This document shows, in pieces, positions 29,361 to 39,374 of a stretch of DNA of 64,000 nucleotides; position 1 is the stretch's first letter, and each line of letters starts with the position of its first letter. The stretch comes from Patescibacteria group bacterium. GTDB lineage: Bacteria > Patescibacteriota > Minisyncoccia > Phycocordibacterales > UBA2100. The notes beneath the pieces are model-generated. The model searched no databases. It was not told the origin of the DNA and saw only the letters and a list, made by a program, of their open reading frames with translations. Made by a program: the position numbers and the translations under genes. The stretch covers positions 7,669-71,668 of the forward strand of contig JBBTSD010000006.1 of assembly GCA_038064835.1 (NCBI GenBank), written 5' to 3'.

Positions 29361-30176
29361 GTGGCATACACGCGCGGACGGAAAGAGTACGAGGGAAAGA
29401 CGCAAATTGTGTGGGAGGTCGTTGAAGACCCTGCGCTTGTCATTCTCGAGCAAAAAGATGTTGTCACCGCACACAATATCCATTCAGAAGAGGCGCTCCA
29501 CAAAGGAATCTTTGTTGCGACTATCGCCGAAAGCTGTGCGCGTTTCCTCGGTATCTATAATGTGCCGACGGCATTTCTGCGGCGGCACGACGAGCGCTCG
29601 CTGGTCATGTTTCGGTGCAAAATGCTCGACCTGGAGATTGTCATTCGCAAGCGCGCATTTGGGCAGATTCTCAAACGCATGCCGGTTCTCACAAAAGGCG
29701 AAAAGTTTGAGGTACCTCTTACTGAGTTGTATCTCAAGACCACAGGTGGACGATGGCGCGATCGCAAGTTTCCGGTCGAAGACCCGTTACTGGTTTTGCC
29801 TGAAGAGGGCGATGCGACAGTACATCTGCCCAATGCCGAACTAAACGGCCGCAGTCTGGACAAGATCTCCTTCACTGCTCACGAGCGCCAAGCAATCGAC
29901 GAAGCAGTGGTACTTTCTCAAATCGCGTTCTCACTTTTGACTGACGCCTGGAAGGGTCTGGGACTTGATTTGGTTGATGCCAAAATGGAATGTGGCTGGA
30001 CCTCACACGGTACGCTGATGGTCGCTGATGTGATCGGCCCTGACTCGTGGCGGATGCTCAGTCGTACCGGCAGGCATTTCGACAAACAGCCCTATCGAGA
30101 TGGAGGCACCAAGGCGCTGCCGGATATGATGCGCCAATATCGAGCGCTCGCAGACCTTTCTCAGCGTCTGGTCTGA
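29361..30176 (+). CDS. purC: Phosphoribosylaminoimidazole-succinocarboxamide synthase (SAICAR synthetase)
   Basis: EYEGKTQIVWEV...VVTAHNIHSEEALHKGIF is the PurC family N-terminus. GTG start with an AGGA SD. Confidence 0.75.
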   Translation: MAYTRGRKEYEGKTQIVWEVVEDPALVILEQKDVVTAHNIHSEEALHKGIFVATIAESCARFLGIYNVPTAFLRRHDERSLVMFRCKMLDLEIVIRKRAFGQILKRMPVLTKGEKFEVPLTELYLKTTGGRWRDRKFPVEDPLLVLPEEGDATVHLPNAELNGRSLDKISFTAHERQAIDEAVVLSQIAFSLLTDAWKGLGLDLVDAKMECGWTSHGTLMVADVIGPDSWRMLSRTGRHFDKQPYRDGGTKALPDMMRQYRALADLSQRLV

Positions 30177-30182
30177 ACAAAG

Positions 30183-30207
30183 CCCCTATCTTAGGGGCTT
30201 TTTCTAT
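30183..30207 (+). terminator. Intrinsic terminator after purC
   Basis: aaagcccctatcttaggggcttttt. Confidence 0.7.
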
Positions 30208-30221
30208 GGTATACTCACAAT

Positions 30222-31202
30222 ATGGCTGATAAAATTGCAGTAACACCGAAAGACTTCTTTTTATGGGTTGGTGCGACCATCGCTCTGTATGTAAGCACAG
30301 TGAGCTTGCTCGCGCTCTGGTTTGCATATATAGACCGACTCCTCGGTGCGGTGCCGCGCTATGCCGACCCGTTTTCGACAGGTATTCGCATTGCCGTGGC
30401 TTCGCTTGTGGTTATCTTCCCTTTGTTTATCCTACTTACGCGCATGGTGCACACCGACATCCGTAAGCACGCGGCCAAAAGTGAACTGTGGATTCGGAAG
30501 TGGCTTTTGATGCTTACTATTTTTGGAGCCGGCATCACAATGGTCATCGATCTTATCGTTCTGCTCAATACATTCCTTGGGGGCGAGGAACTCACCCCAG
30601 CGTTCCTGACAAAGGTCTTCGCGGTACTACTCGTGATTGGTGGCGCTTTTCTTTACTACCTATATGAAGTCCGTGGAGAATGGGAAAAGAACGAAATGGT
30701 GTCAAAGATAATCGCGGGTATTGTATCTGTAATTGTGCTCACATCGGTTGTTTCAGCGTTCTTTGTTATTGGCACTCCGCGCGAACTGCGCCTACTGCGC
30801 TACGACCAAGAGAAAGTGAATGCTTTGGAAAATATGCAATGGCAGATTATCAACCACTGGCAACAGAAAGCGCGGTTGCCAGAAAATCTCGACGCACTAC
30901 AAGACCCAATCAGTGGGTTTTCAGTGCCCGTAGACCCACAGACTACTGAGGGGATGGCTGGGTATGCCTATCGCATTCTTGCTCCGTTATCGTTCGAGCT
31001 TTGTGCCACATTTAACCACGCAAGTCTGGGCACTACTGGTGGTATATCAGAACCTTACGCCGTGCGCCCGCAAAAATACTCAGGTGCAGAAAAAGCTTTT
31101 TGGGAGCATTCCGCGGGAGAAGTTTGTTTTGCACGCGCTATCGATCCTGAAGCATACCCGCCGCTCCAAAAAGCCCCGACACCAACAAGGGTATTGCCAT
31201 AA
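30222..31202 (+). CDS. Membrane protein with four N-terminal TM helices and a soluble C-terminal domain (DUF5671-like, common in CPR)
   Basis: TM-rich N-terminal half. No catalytic motifs. Confidence 0.45.
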   Translation: MADKIAVTPKDFFLWVGATIALYVSTVSLLALWFAYIDRLLGAVPRYADPFSTGIRIAVASLVVIFPLFILLTRMVHTDIRKHAAKSELWIRKWLLMLTIFGAGITMVIDLIVLLNTFLGGEELTPAFLTKVFAVLLVIGGAFLYYLYEVRGEWEKNEMVSKIIAGIVSVIVLTSVVSAFFVIGTPRELRLLRYDQEKVNALENMQWQIINHWQQKARLPENLDALQDPISGFSVPVDPQTTEGMAGYAYRILAPLSFELCATFNHASLGTTGGISEPYAVRPQKYSGAEKAFWEHSAGEVCFARAIDPEAYPPLQKAPTPTRVLP

Positions 31203-31242
31203 CAAGACACTTGTTGTATATTGTTGTTTGATAGGAGGACCA

Positions 31243-31476
31243 ATGAGCAACAAAGAAACTGTAGATCTCGAGCGAGATGTGTTCCACCTGTTGGGAGAAA
31301 GGATTCGCACCGAGGCGTCGACACTTCCATCCAGATGCTTTCCAGAGCTCGTTGCAGTAATCGCGCCGCATTTCCGGCTGCCATACCGTTGTGTCGAAAG
31401 CCGACTGGCCGCAATGCTGCATGATGGTCAACTAGCCTACAACAGCGATTGCAAGATCGTGCTCGAGTCTTGCTAA
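31243..31476 (+). CDS. Small hypothetical protein (77 aa)
   Basis: Strong SD ataggaggacca before the ATG, followed by the terminator at 31482-31508. It is an internal start of ORF-track frame 30964-31476. Confidence 0.45.
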   Translation: MSNKETVDLERDVFHLLGERIRTEASTLPSRCFPELVAVIAPHFRLPYRCVESRLAAMLHDGQLAYNSDCKIVLESC

Positions 31477-31481
31477 CCTAA

Positions 31482-31508
31482 ACCGGTGGAATTTCCACCG
31501 GTTTTTGC
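31482..31508 (+). terminator. Intrinsic terminator upstream of leuS
   Basis: aaccggtgg-aattt-ccaccggtttttgc. Confidence 0.65.
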
Positions 31509-31520
31509 TACCCTACACAG

Positions 31521-34364
31521 ATGAAGTATGACCACAGGCGCATTGAAAAGAAATGGCAACGCGAATGGGACGCGCAGGGCCTGTATCGTACCCGAGAAGA
31601 CGCCTCGAAAAAGAAATGCTTCGTACTGGATATGTTTCCCTATCCGTCAGGCGACGGTTTGCATGTGGGACATCCCAAGGGCTATATCGCCACCGATATC
31701 TACTCACGCATGAAGCGAATGCAGGGGTATACCGTTCTTCACCCGATGGGATGGGATGCCTTTGGTTTACCGGCTGAAAATTTTGCCATAAAAAACAAAG
31801 TACACCCACGCAAGGCCGTCGAGCAAAACATTGCACGCTTTAAAGAGCAGCTTTCAAAAATTGGTTTTAATTACGACTGGGGCAGGGAAGTAAACACTAC
31901 TGACCCCGAGTACTACCGATGGACTCAGTGGATTTTTATTAAGTTGTTTGAGAAGGGGCTCGCGTATCAATCATACGAGCCAATCAACTGGTGTCCGTCT
32001 TGTCAGACGGGCCTTGCCAACGAAGATTTAGACGGCGGTGTCTGCGAACGGTGTGGCAGCATCGTTGAGAAACGCCCGATGCGTCAATGGGTGCTTAGAA
32101 TCACCGAGTATGCCGACCGGCTACTTGCTGACCTGCAAGACCTGCCCCAGTGGCCAGAACATATCAAAGAAAGCCAGCGCAATTGGATTGGCAGAAGTGA
32201 AGGTGCGCTTATAAAATTCCCACTTTTTGGAATTTCAGGACAGACTGATGGGAAGCATGCCGTAGAAGTCTTTACGACGCGACCCGATACGATGTTTGGT
32301 GCTACCTTCATCGCAATTTCTCCCGAGCTGGCACAGAAGTGGATTTCGATCGGCTGGAAGGCACCTTCTGGCGTAGCAACCCTTGCAACTCAAATGATAG
32401 AAGAGCGTAAAAAAGCAGGTGTCAAAGGCATTACCGAAAAGAAAGGTAGCGACACAGGGTTGTTTGCTGAGAACCCAATCAATCACGAAAAGATACCAGT
32501 GTGGCTTGCCAACTATGTACTTGGCGATATTGGTACAGGGGCAATCATGGCGGTGCCCGCGCACGACGAACGCGATTTTGAGTTTGCAAAAAAGTACAAT
32601 CTTCCCATGCGACGAGTTGTCGAGCCGAAATTCACTGCAACCAGCGGAGACTCGATGGTCAAAGAAGGTGAAGATTTTGTAAAGCGTGATGCGATTTGCG
32701 CCGTGGTGCGTAATCCCAAAGATGACACCTATCTGTGCGTCAGCTGGAAGCAGGCATCCATGAAAGGGCTGGTGACCGGCGGTGTCGAACCCGAAGAGGA
32801 TATAGTGCAAGCGGCGCGCAGAGAGATTCTTGAAGAAACAGGCTACAAAAATCTACGACTCGTACGCAATACAGGGTTCGCATTGCACAGCCTTTTCTAT
32901 CATCGTCTGAAAAAACAGAATCGATGGGCACGGTTCCAATATCTCTTCTTCGAATTAGAGGACGAGTCGCGCAATTCTATCGACGAGCACGAAGAAGCCC
33001 TGCATGACATAGTTTGGCAACCCGCGAGCAAATTAAAAGATTTTTTCTCGGTCATTGAAGGTACTTTTTCCGTACACCTGATTGAGAATCCGGACTACAT
33101 TTTCACCGGCGATGGCGTACTCCACGCTTCCAACGAATTTGACGACATGGACTCTGTCGTAGCGCGTCGTAAAATGACCGACGCTGTCGGTGGAACATGG
33201 ACCACCACCTATCGTCTCAAGGATTGGGTGTTTTCTCGGCAACGCTACTGGGGCGAGCCAATTCCTATTATTCACTGTGAACAGTGCGGGCCAGTGGCTG
33301 TTCCCGAAAAAGACTTACCTGTCTTATTGCCCGATGTTGAAAAATATGAGCCAACAGGGACTGGTGAGTCGCCACTTGCCGGTATCACTGACTGGGTGAA
33401 TACCACCTGTCCAGTCTGCAGTGGTCCCGGGAAACGAGAGACCAACACCATGCCACAGTGGGCTGGGTCGTGCTGGTACTATCTGCGCTACATGGATCCA
33501 CAGAATTCCGAATCGCTCGTTGCTTCTGAGAGAGAAAAATATTGGGCGCCAGTCGATGTGTATGTGGGGGGTGCCGAGCATGCCACGCGTCACTTAATCT
33601 ATGCGCGATTCTGGCATAAATTTCTGCTCGACCATGGCTTCGTGAGTACCGCAGAGCCATTCAGTCGGTTGATTTCTGTGGGCCTCATCATGGCCGAGGA
33701 TGGACGCAAAATGAGCAAACGCTATGGCAATGTCATAAACCCTGACGATGTGGTGGAAACATGGGGTGCTGACACGCTTCGTTTGTACGAGATGTTCATG
33801 GGTCCATTTACCGATGCAATTGCCTGGAGCACCGACAACATGATCGGAGTTCGTCGATTTCTTGAGCGAGTGTGGCGTCTTCAAGACAGTGTCTCTGATG
33901 CAACAACACCAAACGCAACTGCTGAATTGCACCGAACCATTAAGAAAGTCGGCGAGGATATCGAGCATTTCAAATTCAACACTGCCATTAGCCAAATGAT
34001 GATATTTCTCAATTGTGTTGAGAAAGAGTCCTTAAGTAGGGAAGACTACCTAACATTCATCCGCCTTTTAGCACCATTTGCACCGCATGTTTCTGAGGAG
34101 ATTTGGAGTATGCATGGGGGACAAGGCTCAATTCATATCAATCCCTGGCCAATCGCGGACGAAGGTAAAATTGTCATGGGTGATGTTGTGGTAGTCGTGC
34201 AGATTAATGGGAAAATCCGGGCACAGATACCTGTCGATCTGGGAATGACCGATACTGAGATAATTAAAAAAGCGCGACTTGCAGTCGAAAAGTGGTTGGA
34301 AGGCAAGGAAGTGATGCGCGAGGTCATTGTCCCTAAAAAATTGATCAACTTTGTCATCCGCTAA
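31521..34364 (+). CDS. leuS: Leucyl-tRNA synthetase carrying an inserted Nudix hydrolase domain
   Basis: The class I HIGH motif here reads PYPSGDGLHVGH and KMSKS reads KMSKR. The CP1 editing domain is present (TTRPDTMFGATFIAI...AVPAHDERDFEFAKKY). About 130 aa after it contain a perfect Nudix box GGVEPEEDIVQAARREILEETGY. Confidence 0.9.
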   Translation: MKYDHRRIEKKWQREWDAQGLYRTREDASKKKCFVLDMFPYPSGDGLHVGHPKGYIATDIYSRMKRMQGYTVLHPMGWDAFGLPAENFAIKNKVHPRKAVEQNIARFKEQLSKIGFNYDWGREVNTTDPEYYRWTQWIFIKLFEKGLAYQSYEPINWCPSCQTGLANEDLDGGVCERCGSIVEKRPMRQWVLRITEYADRLLADLQDLPQWPEHIKESQRNWIGRSEGALIKFPLFGISGQTDGKHAVEVFTTRPDTMFGATFIAISPELAQKWISIGWKAPSGVATLATQMIEERKKAGVKGITEKKGSDTGLFAENPINHEKIPVWLANYVLGDIGTGAIMAVPAHDERDFEFAKKYNLPMRRVVEPKFTATSGDSMVKEGEDFVKRDAICAVVRNPKDDTYLCVSWKQASMKGLVTGGVEPEEDIVQAARREILEETGYKNLRLVRNTGFALHSLFYHRLKKQNRWARFQYLFFELEDESRNSIDEHEEALHDIVWQPASKLKDFFSVIEGTFSVHLIENPDYIFTGDGVLHASNEFDDMDSVVARRKMTDAVGGTWTTTYRLKDWVFSRQRYWGEPIPIIHCEQCGPVAVPEKDLPVLLPDVEKYEPTGTGESPLAGITDWVNTTCPVCSGPGKRETNTMPQWAGSCWYYLRYMDPQNSESLVASEREKYWAPVDVYVGGAEHATRHLIYARFWHKFLLDHGFVSTAEPFSRLISVGLIMAEDGRKMSKRYGNVINPDDVVETWGADTLRLYEMFMGPFTDAIAWSTDNMIGVRRFLERVWRLQDSVSDATTPNATAELHRTIKKVGEDIEHFKFNTAISQMMIFLNCVEKESLSREDYLTFIRLLAPFAPHVSEEIWSMHGGQGSIHINPWPIADEGKIVMGDVVVVVQINGKIRAQIPVDLGMTDTEIIKKARLAVEKWLEGKEVMREVIVPKKLINFVIR

Positions 34365-34401
34365 ATTTGTGGTATTTTGTTGTTTGGCTGAGGAGTGACC
34401 A

Positions 34402-34704
34402 ATGCAACAACCTAAGGACCTGGATGTCCCACCATCCCCGGGTGGCGGGGGCAGGCTTCCGGGGATGATGATGCTAATTGCAGTTTGCATCACGCTCTAT
34501 ACTGCCCTACCTCTGTACACGCATACGCCTGCTCCGGCACGAAAAGTGTGGGTTGAGGGAAAACCGGCCTGGGTAGTCCCTGCCTACAACGATGCGGAAT
34601 TGTGCGTAGTATACAATCCGCCCACACGAAAGCCTGAAACGGGGCCTGGATTGCATAGCGGTCGTGGGATGATTTCCTGTGTACAAACCACTCCGCGCGA
34701 GTGA
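34402..34704 (+). CDS. Small hypothetical protein with one TM segment
   Basis: Good SD (gaggagtgaccaATG). Pro/Gly-rich. Confidence 0.35.
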   Translation: MQQPKDLDVPPSPGGGGRLPGMMMLIAVCITLYTALPLYTHTPAPARKVWVEGKPAWVVPAYNDAELCVVYNPPTRKPETGPGLHSGRGMISCVQTTPRE

Positions 34705-34732
34705 CAACTAGCGACCGACAGGGTCGCTTCTT

Positions 34733-36211
34733 TCATGGGTACTTCTTTTGTAATTTCGCACCGCTCGCTGTGTCCACGAGCAAGAATCCTTTTTCCTCAA
34801 TTTGCGCGCGAATTACATCGGCCTTTGTCCAATCCTTCGCAGACCGAGCAGCGTCTCTTTCATCAAGAAGCGTCTGGAGCTGGGCAGGAATGTTTGCTGC
34901 GTCAACTGCCGTAGGTACCGATTTTTTTACAAATGCCACTATTTCATCGGGAGGGGATTCGAGACCGATGCCAAGTACACGATCTGCATCGCACAGTAGG
35001 GCAGCTTTATCTGCATTACTGACCGCTGTGTCTTTAAGCATCTCCCACAGTAAAGCAATGGCCTTGGGGGTGTCGAGATTGTCGTTTATATACATTTGGA
35101 ACCGTTCCTTCCAGTGCAAAGGTACAGCCCCATCGTTGGTGCGATGCATTGCAACAAATTGGTGCAATTCGAAGAATGCTTTCGTTGCTCCATCAAGTGC
35201 CTCCCAGACAAAATTGGCCGGGGTGCTGTAGTGGCTGGTTAGGAACCAGTAGCGGAGGGCGAGTGGGTGGAAGTGGCGTGACACAATGTCCTCCAAGAAA
35301 ATAGAATTCCCTTCGGACTTTGCTATCTTGTGGCCGTCGATTTGGATATGTGCACGATGCATCCAATATTTGACAAACGGAGCGCGCCCAGTTGCCGCTT
35401 CCGATTGAGCGATTTCGTTGTTGTGGTGGATAGGCACATGTTCAATCCCACCAGTATGAATGTCTATCTGCTCACCGAGTGTTGCGCGGATCATGGCAGA
35501 GCATTCAATGTGCCAGCCAGGGAAACCCATACCCCACGGGCTCTGCCAGCCGCATAAAAGATCCTTTTTCCACAAAACAAAATCTGTGGAACTTCTTTTA
35601 CTTGTATTTGTTGCGACCCGGGCACCTTCTTGCAATTTTTGGGCACGCACATTCCCAAGGGCGCCATAGGAAGGGAAACGACTTGTTTCAAAATACAAAC
35701 CATCAGGTGTATCGTAGGTGTATCCTTTTTCAGTAAGTGTTTTTATGAGTGCGATCTGGGCACCTACATACTCGCTTGCACGAGGGAAAACGATGCGCTC
35801 AGTGTCAACGCCGAGCGCGCGAATATCCCCTAAGTACTGCTCGGTGTAACGGTCAGCAAGTATCTTCATATTTGCCATGGTGATAGGAAGTTTTTCGCGT
35901 CGCAGTGCTTTGGTCATTTTGTCTTCCCCCTCATCAGCATCAGACACAAGGTGTCCGAAGTCGGTAATGTTGATTGCTTGTTTCACCTTGAAGCCGTTGT
36001 AGATAAGCATGCGCCCGATGACATCTGCGAAAACAGCCGCCGAAAGATTGCCAATGTGCTGGCGGTCATACACAGTTGGCCCGCAGTTGTACATGCGCAC
36101 AGTGCGTCCCAAGGGCTTGAAAGCCTCCTTGGTGCCAGTCAAAGTGTTATACAGAAAAACGGGCTTTTCAAGAGAATGTTGCACCTGTGGTTTTTTGAAC
36201 CATCCAAACAT
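34733..36211 (-). CDS. cysS: Cysteinyl-tRNA synthetase
   Basis: CGPTVYDRQHIGN (HIGH region) and KIAKSEGN (KMSKS), plus the DALR anticodon-binding tail. Confidence 0.9.
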   Translation of the reverse strand: MFGWFKKPQVQHSLEKPVFLYNTLTGTKEAFKPLGRTVRMYNCGPTVYDRQHIGNLSAAVFADVIGRMLIYNGFKVKQAINITDFGHLVSDADEGEDKMTKALRREKLPITMANMKILADRYTEQYLGDIRALGVDTERIVFPRASEYVGAQIALIKTLTEKGYTYDTPDGLYFETSRFPSYGALGNVRAQKLQEGARVATNTSKRSSTDFVLWKKDLLCGWQSPWGMGFPGWHIECSAMIRATLGEQIDIHTGGIEHVPIHHNNEIAQSEAATGRAPFVKYWMHRAHIQIDGHKIAKSEGNSIFLEDIVSRHFHPLALRYWFLTSHYSTPANFVWEALDGATKAFFELHQFVAMHRTNDGAVPLHWKERFQMYINDNLDTPKAIALLWEMLKDTAVSNADKAALLCDADRVLGIGLESPPDEIVAFVKKSVPTAVDAANIPAQLQTLLDERDAARSAKDWTKADVIRAQIEEKGFLLVDTASGAKLQKKYP

Positions 36212-36264
36212 ACCACCATGCTAACAGGAAATAGGGGTTATACCACAAGAATCTAGTAGACCTT

Positions 36265-37239
36265 CTACCACCATTTTTGAGAGCGAAAATACGCAAACAT
36301 ACACACAGCAGCAACACCCATTATTGCAATGACTGCCCAGAAATCATAGGCGTGTCCAACAAGTGGCGTATGCGCGGTATTCATACCGAATAGCGTTGCA
36401 ATCAAAGAAAGTGGCAGGGTAGCAAATGCCATAATCGTCAGGGTTTTCATAATATCGTTCTGCTTGGCAGTAAGCAGAGAATTGTTTGTCTCGCGCAATT
36501 CGCGGAGCGTTTCCGTAAGGCGTGTAATATGGCTGTAAACACGGTGGTTTTCGTTTGTCAGGCCACGCAAAAACGGCGCAAATGCGTCTCCAAAAAAGAG
36601 TGACCCTTCTCGTTCGAGTTCGTGGAGGATGTCTCGATGTGGTTCGACTGCTTGGCGCAAGTCTACTAGATCTCGCCCGGCTCCTGAAAGAGCTGTCACC
36701 ATGGCCCGTTCATGTCCAGAAAATATCTGTTGCTCAATTTCGTCGAGTGCGCCGCGTACCACTACATGCTCATGCTCTGTGGCTTTGTACATGCGTTTCA
36801 TCATGTAGTAGAAAATAAATCCTGGATGGTCGCCCAAGCTTGCTTTGTCAGTGTGCGAATTTACCTCAAACACACGGGAAAATAGGTGTAGTGGATCGAC
36901 GATGTCGTAGCGAGTCGTAATTATGAAATCGCGCCCGACGACAAAATCGACTTCCTGGTCTTTTGTCTTGTGCGTGTGTCTTGTGGTTGGAAAATGGAGG
37001 ACAATGTACAGGTAGTGACTATGGCGCTCCAAACGAGGCTTTACCGTAGGAAATAAAAGCTCTTCCGCGATGAAACGGTCAAGACGGAATTCCTCCATCA
37101 CCAACATCGCTTCAGCGTGTGTCGGGGATTCGAGATCAACCCATGTAATACCTGCGTGGCTAAATCGCGTTAGCATGTATCTAGTATACCTGTCCCACGC
37201 ACAGCAGGGTATGTTTGTGTCAGAAGTGTGAATATACAC
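36265..37239 (-). CDS. corA: CorA-family Mg2+/Co2+ transporter
   Basis: C-terminal two TM helices with the GMN motif (LFGMNTAH). Confidence 0.8.
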   Translation of the reverse strand: MYIHTSDTNIPCCAWDRYTRYMLTRFSHAGITWVDLESPTHAEAMLVMEEFRLDRFIAEELLFPTVKPRLERHSHYLYIVLHFPTTRHTHKTKDQEVDFVVGRDFIITTRYDIVDPLHLFSRVFEVNSHTDKASLGDHPGFIFYYMMKRMYKATEHEHVVVRGALDEIEQQIFSGHERAMVTALSGAGRDLVDLRQAVEPHRDILHELEREGSLFFGDAFAPFLRGLTNENHRVYSHITRLTETLRELRETNNSLLTAKQNDIMKTLTIMAFATLPLSLIATLFGMNTAHTPLVGHAYDFWAVIAIMGVAAVCMFAYFRSQKWW

Positions 37240-37243
37240 AGTT

Positions 37244-38554
37244 GTGGGTGTTGTACGCCCATGCGATACTCACTCGATGCAACCTGAAAATACGAATTCA
37301 TTTCTTAGTGTGCGTACAGTTGCGGGATGGGCTGTTGTCCTCGTCACATTTTCTTTCAGTGTCGGTGCGGTTGTTGGCGCCTACAAGAACGCCCAAGTCG
37401 CAAGTGTGGCTTCAGCTATCGGGCTCGCGCAATTTTCTCCTCCACCTGGTGTTGATTTTTCTCCCGTTTGGAAAGCCTGGACGGTAATCGACGAACGATT
37501 TGTTCCCGCGAGGATCTCGACCAGTACCGCTACCAGCACCGAAGCTACAGGCGCTACTGATCCTCAGGAGCGTGTGTGGGGGATGATAGAAGGTCTCGCC
37601 TCCTCACTAGGAGATCCATACACACTCTTCCTGCCCCCAACCGATGCAAAGATTTTTGAAGAAGATATCAGCGGCAATTTCGAAGGGGTAGGTATGGAGA
37701 TTGCTATTCGTGAGAATATTCTCACCGTCGTTTCGCCGCTTAAAGATTCTCCCGCTGCCAAGGCTGGTCTCAAGGCAGCCGATAAAATTTTGAAGATCGA
37801 CGACGCTGATACACGCAGTATGTCTGTCGAGGCCGCAGTCAAGCGTATCCGAGGGACCAAAGGCACGACAGTAACCTTTAAAGTACTACGCGAGGGTGAG
37901 GCTGATTTCCTTACGATTCCTGTCGTTCGTGATGTCATCAATATTCCCACCATCAAGACCGAGCTCCGCAAGGACGGTGTCTTCCTGATCCAGCTGTATA
38001 ACTTCTCGGCGTTATCGGCGGGCCTTTTCCGCGATGCACTGCGCGAATTCAAAGATAGTGGATCACATAGGTTGATACTCGACCTCCGTGGGAACCCTGG
38101 CGGTTACCTTGAAGCGTCAGTAGATATGGCGAGCTGGTTTTTGCCACTCGGTAGTGTGGTTGTGACCGAGGACTACGGTGATCGTGGCGAGGATATTGTG
38201 CACCGTAGTCGTGGCTACAATATTTTTGACGACTCACTCGACATGGTAATCCTTGTTGATCGCGGTTCAGCCTCCGCTTCCGAGATACTTTCCGGTGCAT
38301 TGCAACATTATAAGATTGCCCAGCTAGTCGGAACCAATACCTTTGGCAAAGGATCGGTCCAAGAGCTTGTCCCGATTACCACTGGCACCTCGCTCAAGAT
38401 TACCGTTGCTCGCTGGCTGATGCCTTCCGGGTTCCAGATTCCAAACGATGGAATACCGCCAGACACCGAGGTAAAAATCGAAAAAAAGGATGTCGAGGCC
38501 GGCAAGGACCCGCAACTCGATAAGGCAGTTGAATTATTACTGAAAGGCGAGTAG
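37244..38554 (+). CDS. ctpA: Carboxyl-terminal processing peptidase (S41) with PDZ domain
   Basis: PDZ region GVGMEIAIRENILTVVSPLKDSPAAKAGLKAADKILKIDD and the S41 catalytic core (LILDLRGNPGG...SASASE). Start uncertain; it may be the downstream M at 37277. Confidence 0.8.
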   Translation: MGVVRPCDTHSMQPENTNSFLSVRTVAGWAVVLVTFSFSVGAVVGAYKNAQVASVASAIGLAQFSPPPGVDFSPVWKAWTVIDERFVPARISTSTATSTEATGATDPQERVWGMIEGLASSLGDPYTLFLPPTDAKIFEEDISGNFEGVGMEIAIRENILTVVSPLKDSPAAKAGLKAADKILKIDDADTRSMSVEAAVKRIRGTKGTTVTFKVLREGEADFLTIPVVRDVINIPTIKTELRKDGVFLIQLYNFSALSAGLFRDALREFKDSGSHRLILDLRGNPGGYLEASVDMASWFLPLGSVVVTEDYGDRGEDIVHRSRGYNIFDDSLDMVILVDRGSASASEILSGALQHYKIAQLVGTNTFGKGSVQELVPITTGTSLKITVARWLMPSGFQIPNDGIPPDTEVKIEKKDVEAGKDPQLDKAVELLLKGE

Positions 38555-38555
38555 A

Positions 38556-39017
38556 ATGCCCTCTACTCGTATGAAAGTCATATTACTTAAAGATGTACCC
38601 AAAGTAGGGCGTCAGTTTGATGTAAAGGTGGTGGCAGACGGCTATGCCCTCAACTTCCTTTTCCCCAAGCGTTTCGCCGAGCTTGCCACGAAGGAACGGT
38701 TGGCCACTATTGCAGCTCGACAGGGTGAAATAGACGCTACACGCGCTCGGAACGCAGTGAGCCTTGCAGATACCATCAAAAAACTTGATGGTGCACACAT
38801 TGTCATGCCAGTAGGCAAGGCGAATGCTCAGGGCAATCTTTACAAAAAGATCGATGCCAAAGACATCGCCCGTCACCTGAGTAAGGAGATTGAGCAAACT
38901 GTCACCGAGGACGCCATCGTGCTCGACGAGCCCATTCGCACGACTGGAGAACGCCCCATCACCATCTCGATGGGCGGTGCTGAGGCAACATTCTCATTGA
39001 TTATCGAGGCTGCGTAG
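38556..39017 (+). CDS. rplI: 50S ribosomal protein L9
   Basis: MKVILLKDVPKVGRQFDVKVVADGYALNFLFPKRFA matches the L9 N-domain consensus. Confidence 0.9.
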   Translation: MPSTRMKVILLKDVPKVGRQFDVKVVADGYALNFLFPKRFAELATKERLATIAARQGEIDATRARNAVSLADTIKKLDGAHIVMPVGKANAQGNLYKKIDAKDIARHLSKEIEQTVTEDAIVLDEPIRTTGERPITISMGGAEATFSLIIEAA

Positions 39018-39080
39018 TCTTGGGGTAGACGACAAAAAGCGAGGAATTTCCTCGCTTTTTTGTATGCGTCACACCATCTG

Positions 39081-39353
39081 CTAGACTACATGAACAATTG
39101 ATCGTGTCTTAGTTCGGCCATTGAAATTCCGCTTACGCATAGTGCGAAAACTTACAACGCCGTCCTTGAGTGCAAATATGGTGTGATCGCTACCGAGACC
39201 AACATTCTTTCCGGGGACAATACTGGTGCCTCGTTGACGCACGATAATCATGCCCGTACGGGCTGATTGGCCATCGCCAATTTTAACCCCCAAAAATTGT
39301 GGGCCTGAATCAGTCAGGTTTTTCGCGGTACCTGCGCCTTTTTTAGTTGCCAT
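39081..39353 (-). CDS. rpmA: 50S ribosomal protein L27
   Basis: [61 protein letters not shown] matches the L27 consensus. Confidence 0.9.
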   Translation of the reverse strand: MATKKGAGTAKNLTDSGPQFLGVKIGDGQSARTGMIIVRQRGTSIVPGKNVGLGSDHTIFALKDGVVSFRTMRKRNFNGRTKTRSIVHVV

Positions 39354-39374
39354 ACGATATTATGCTATATTCCT

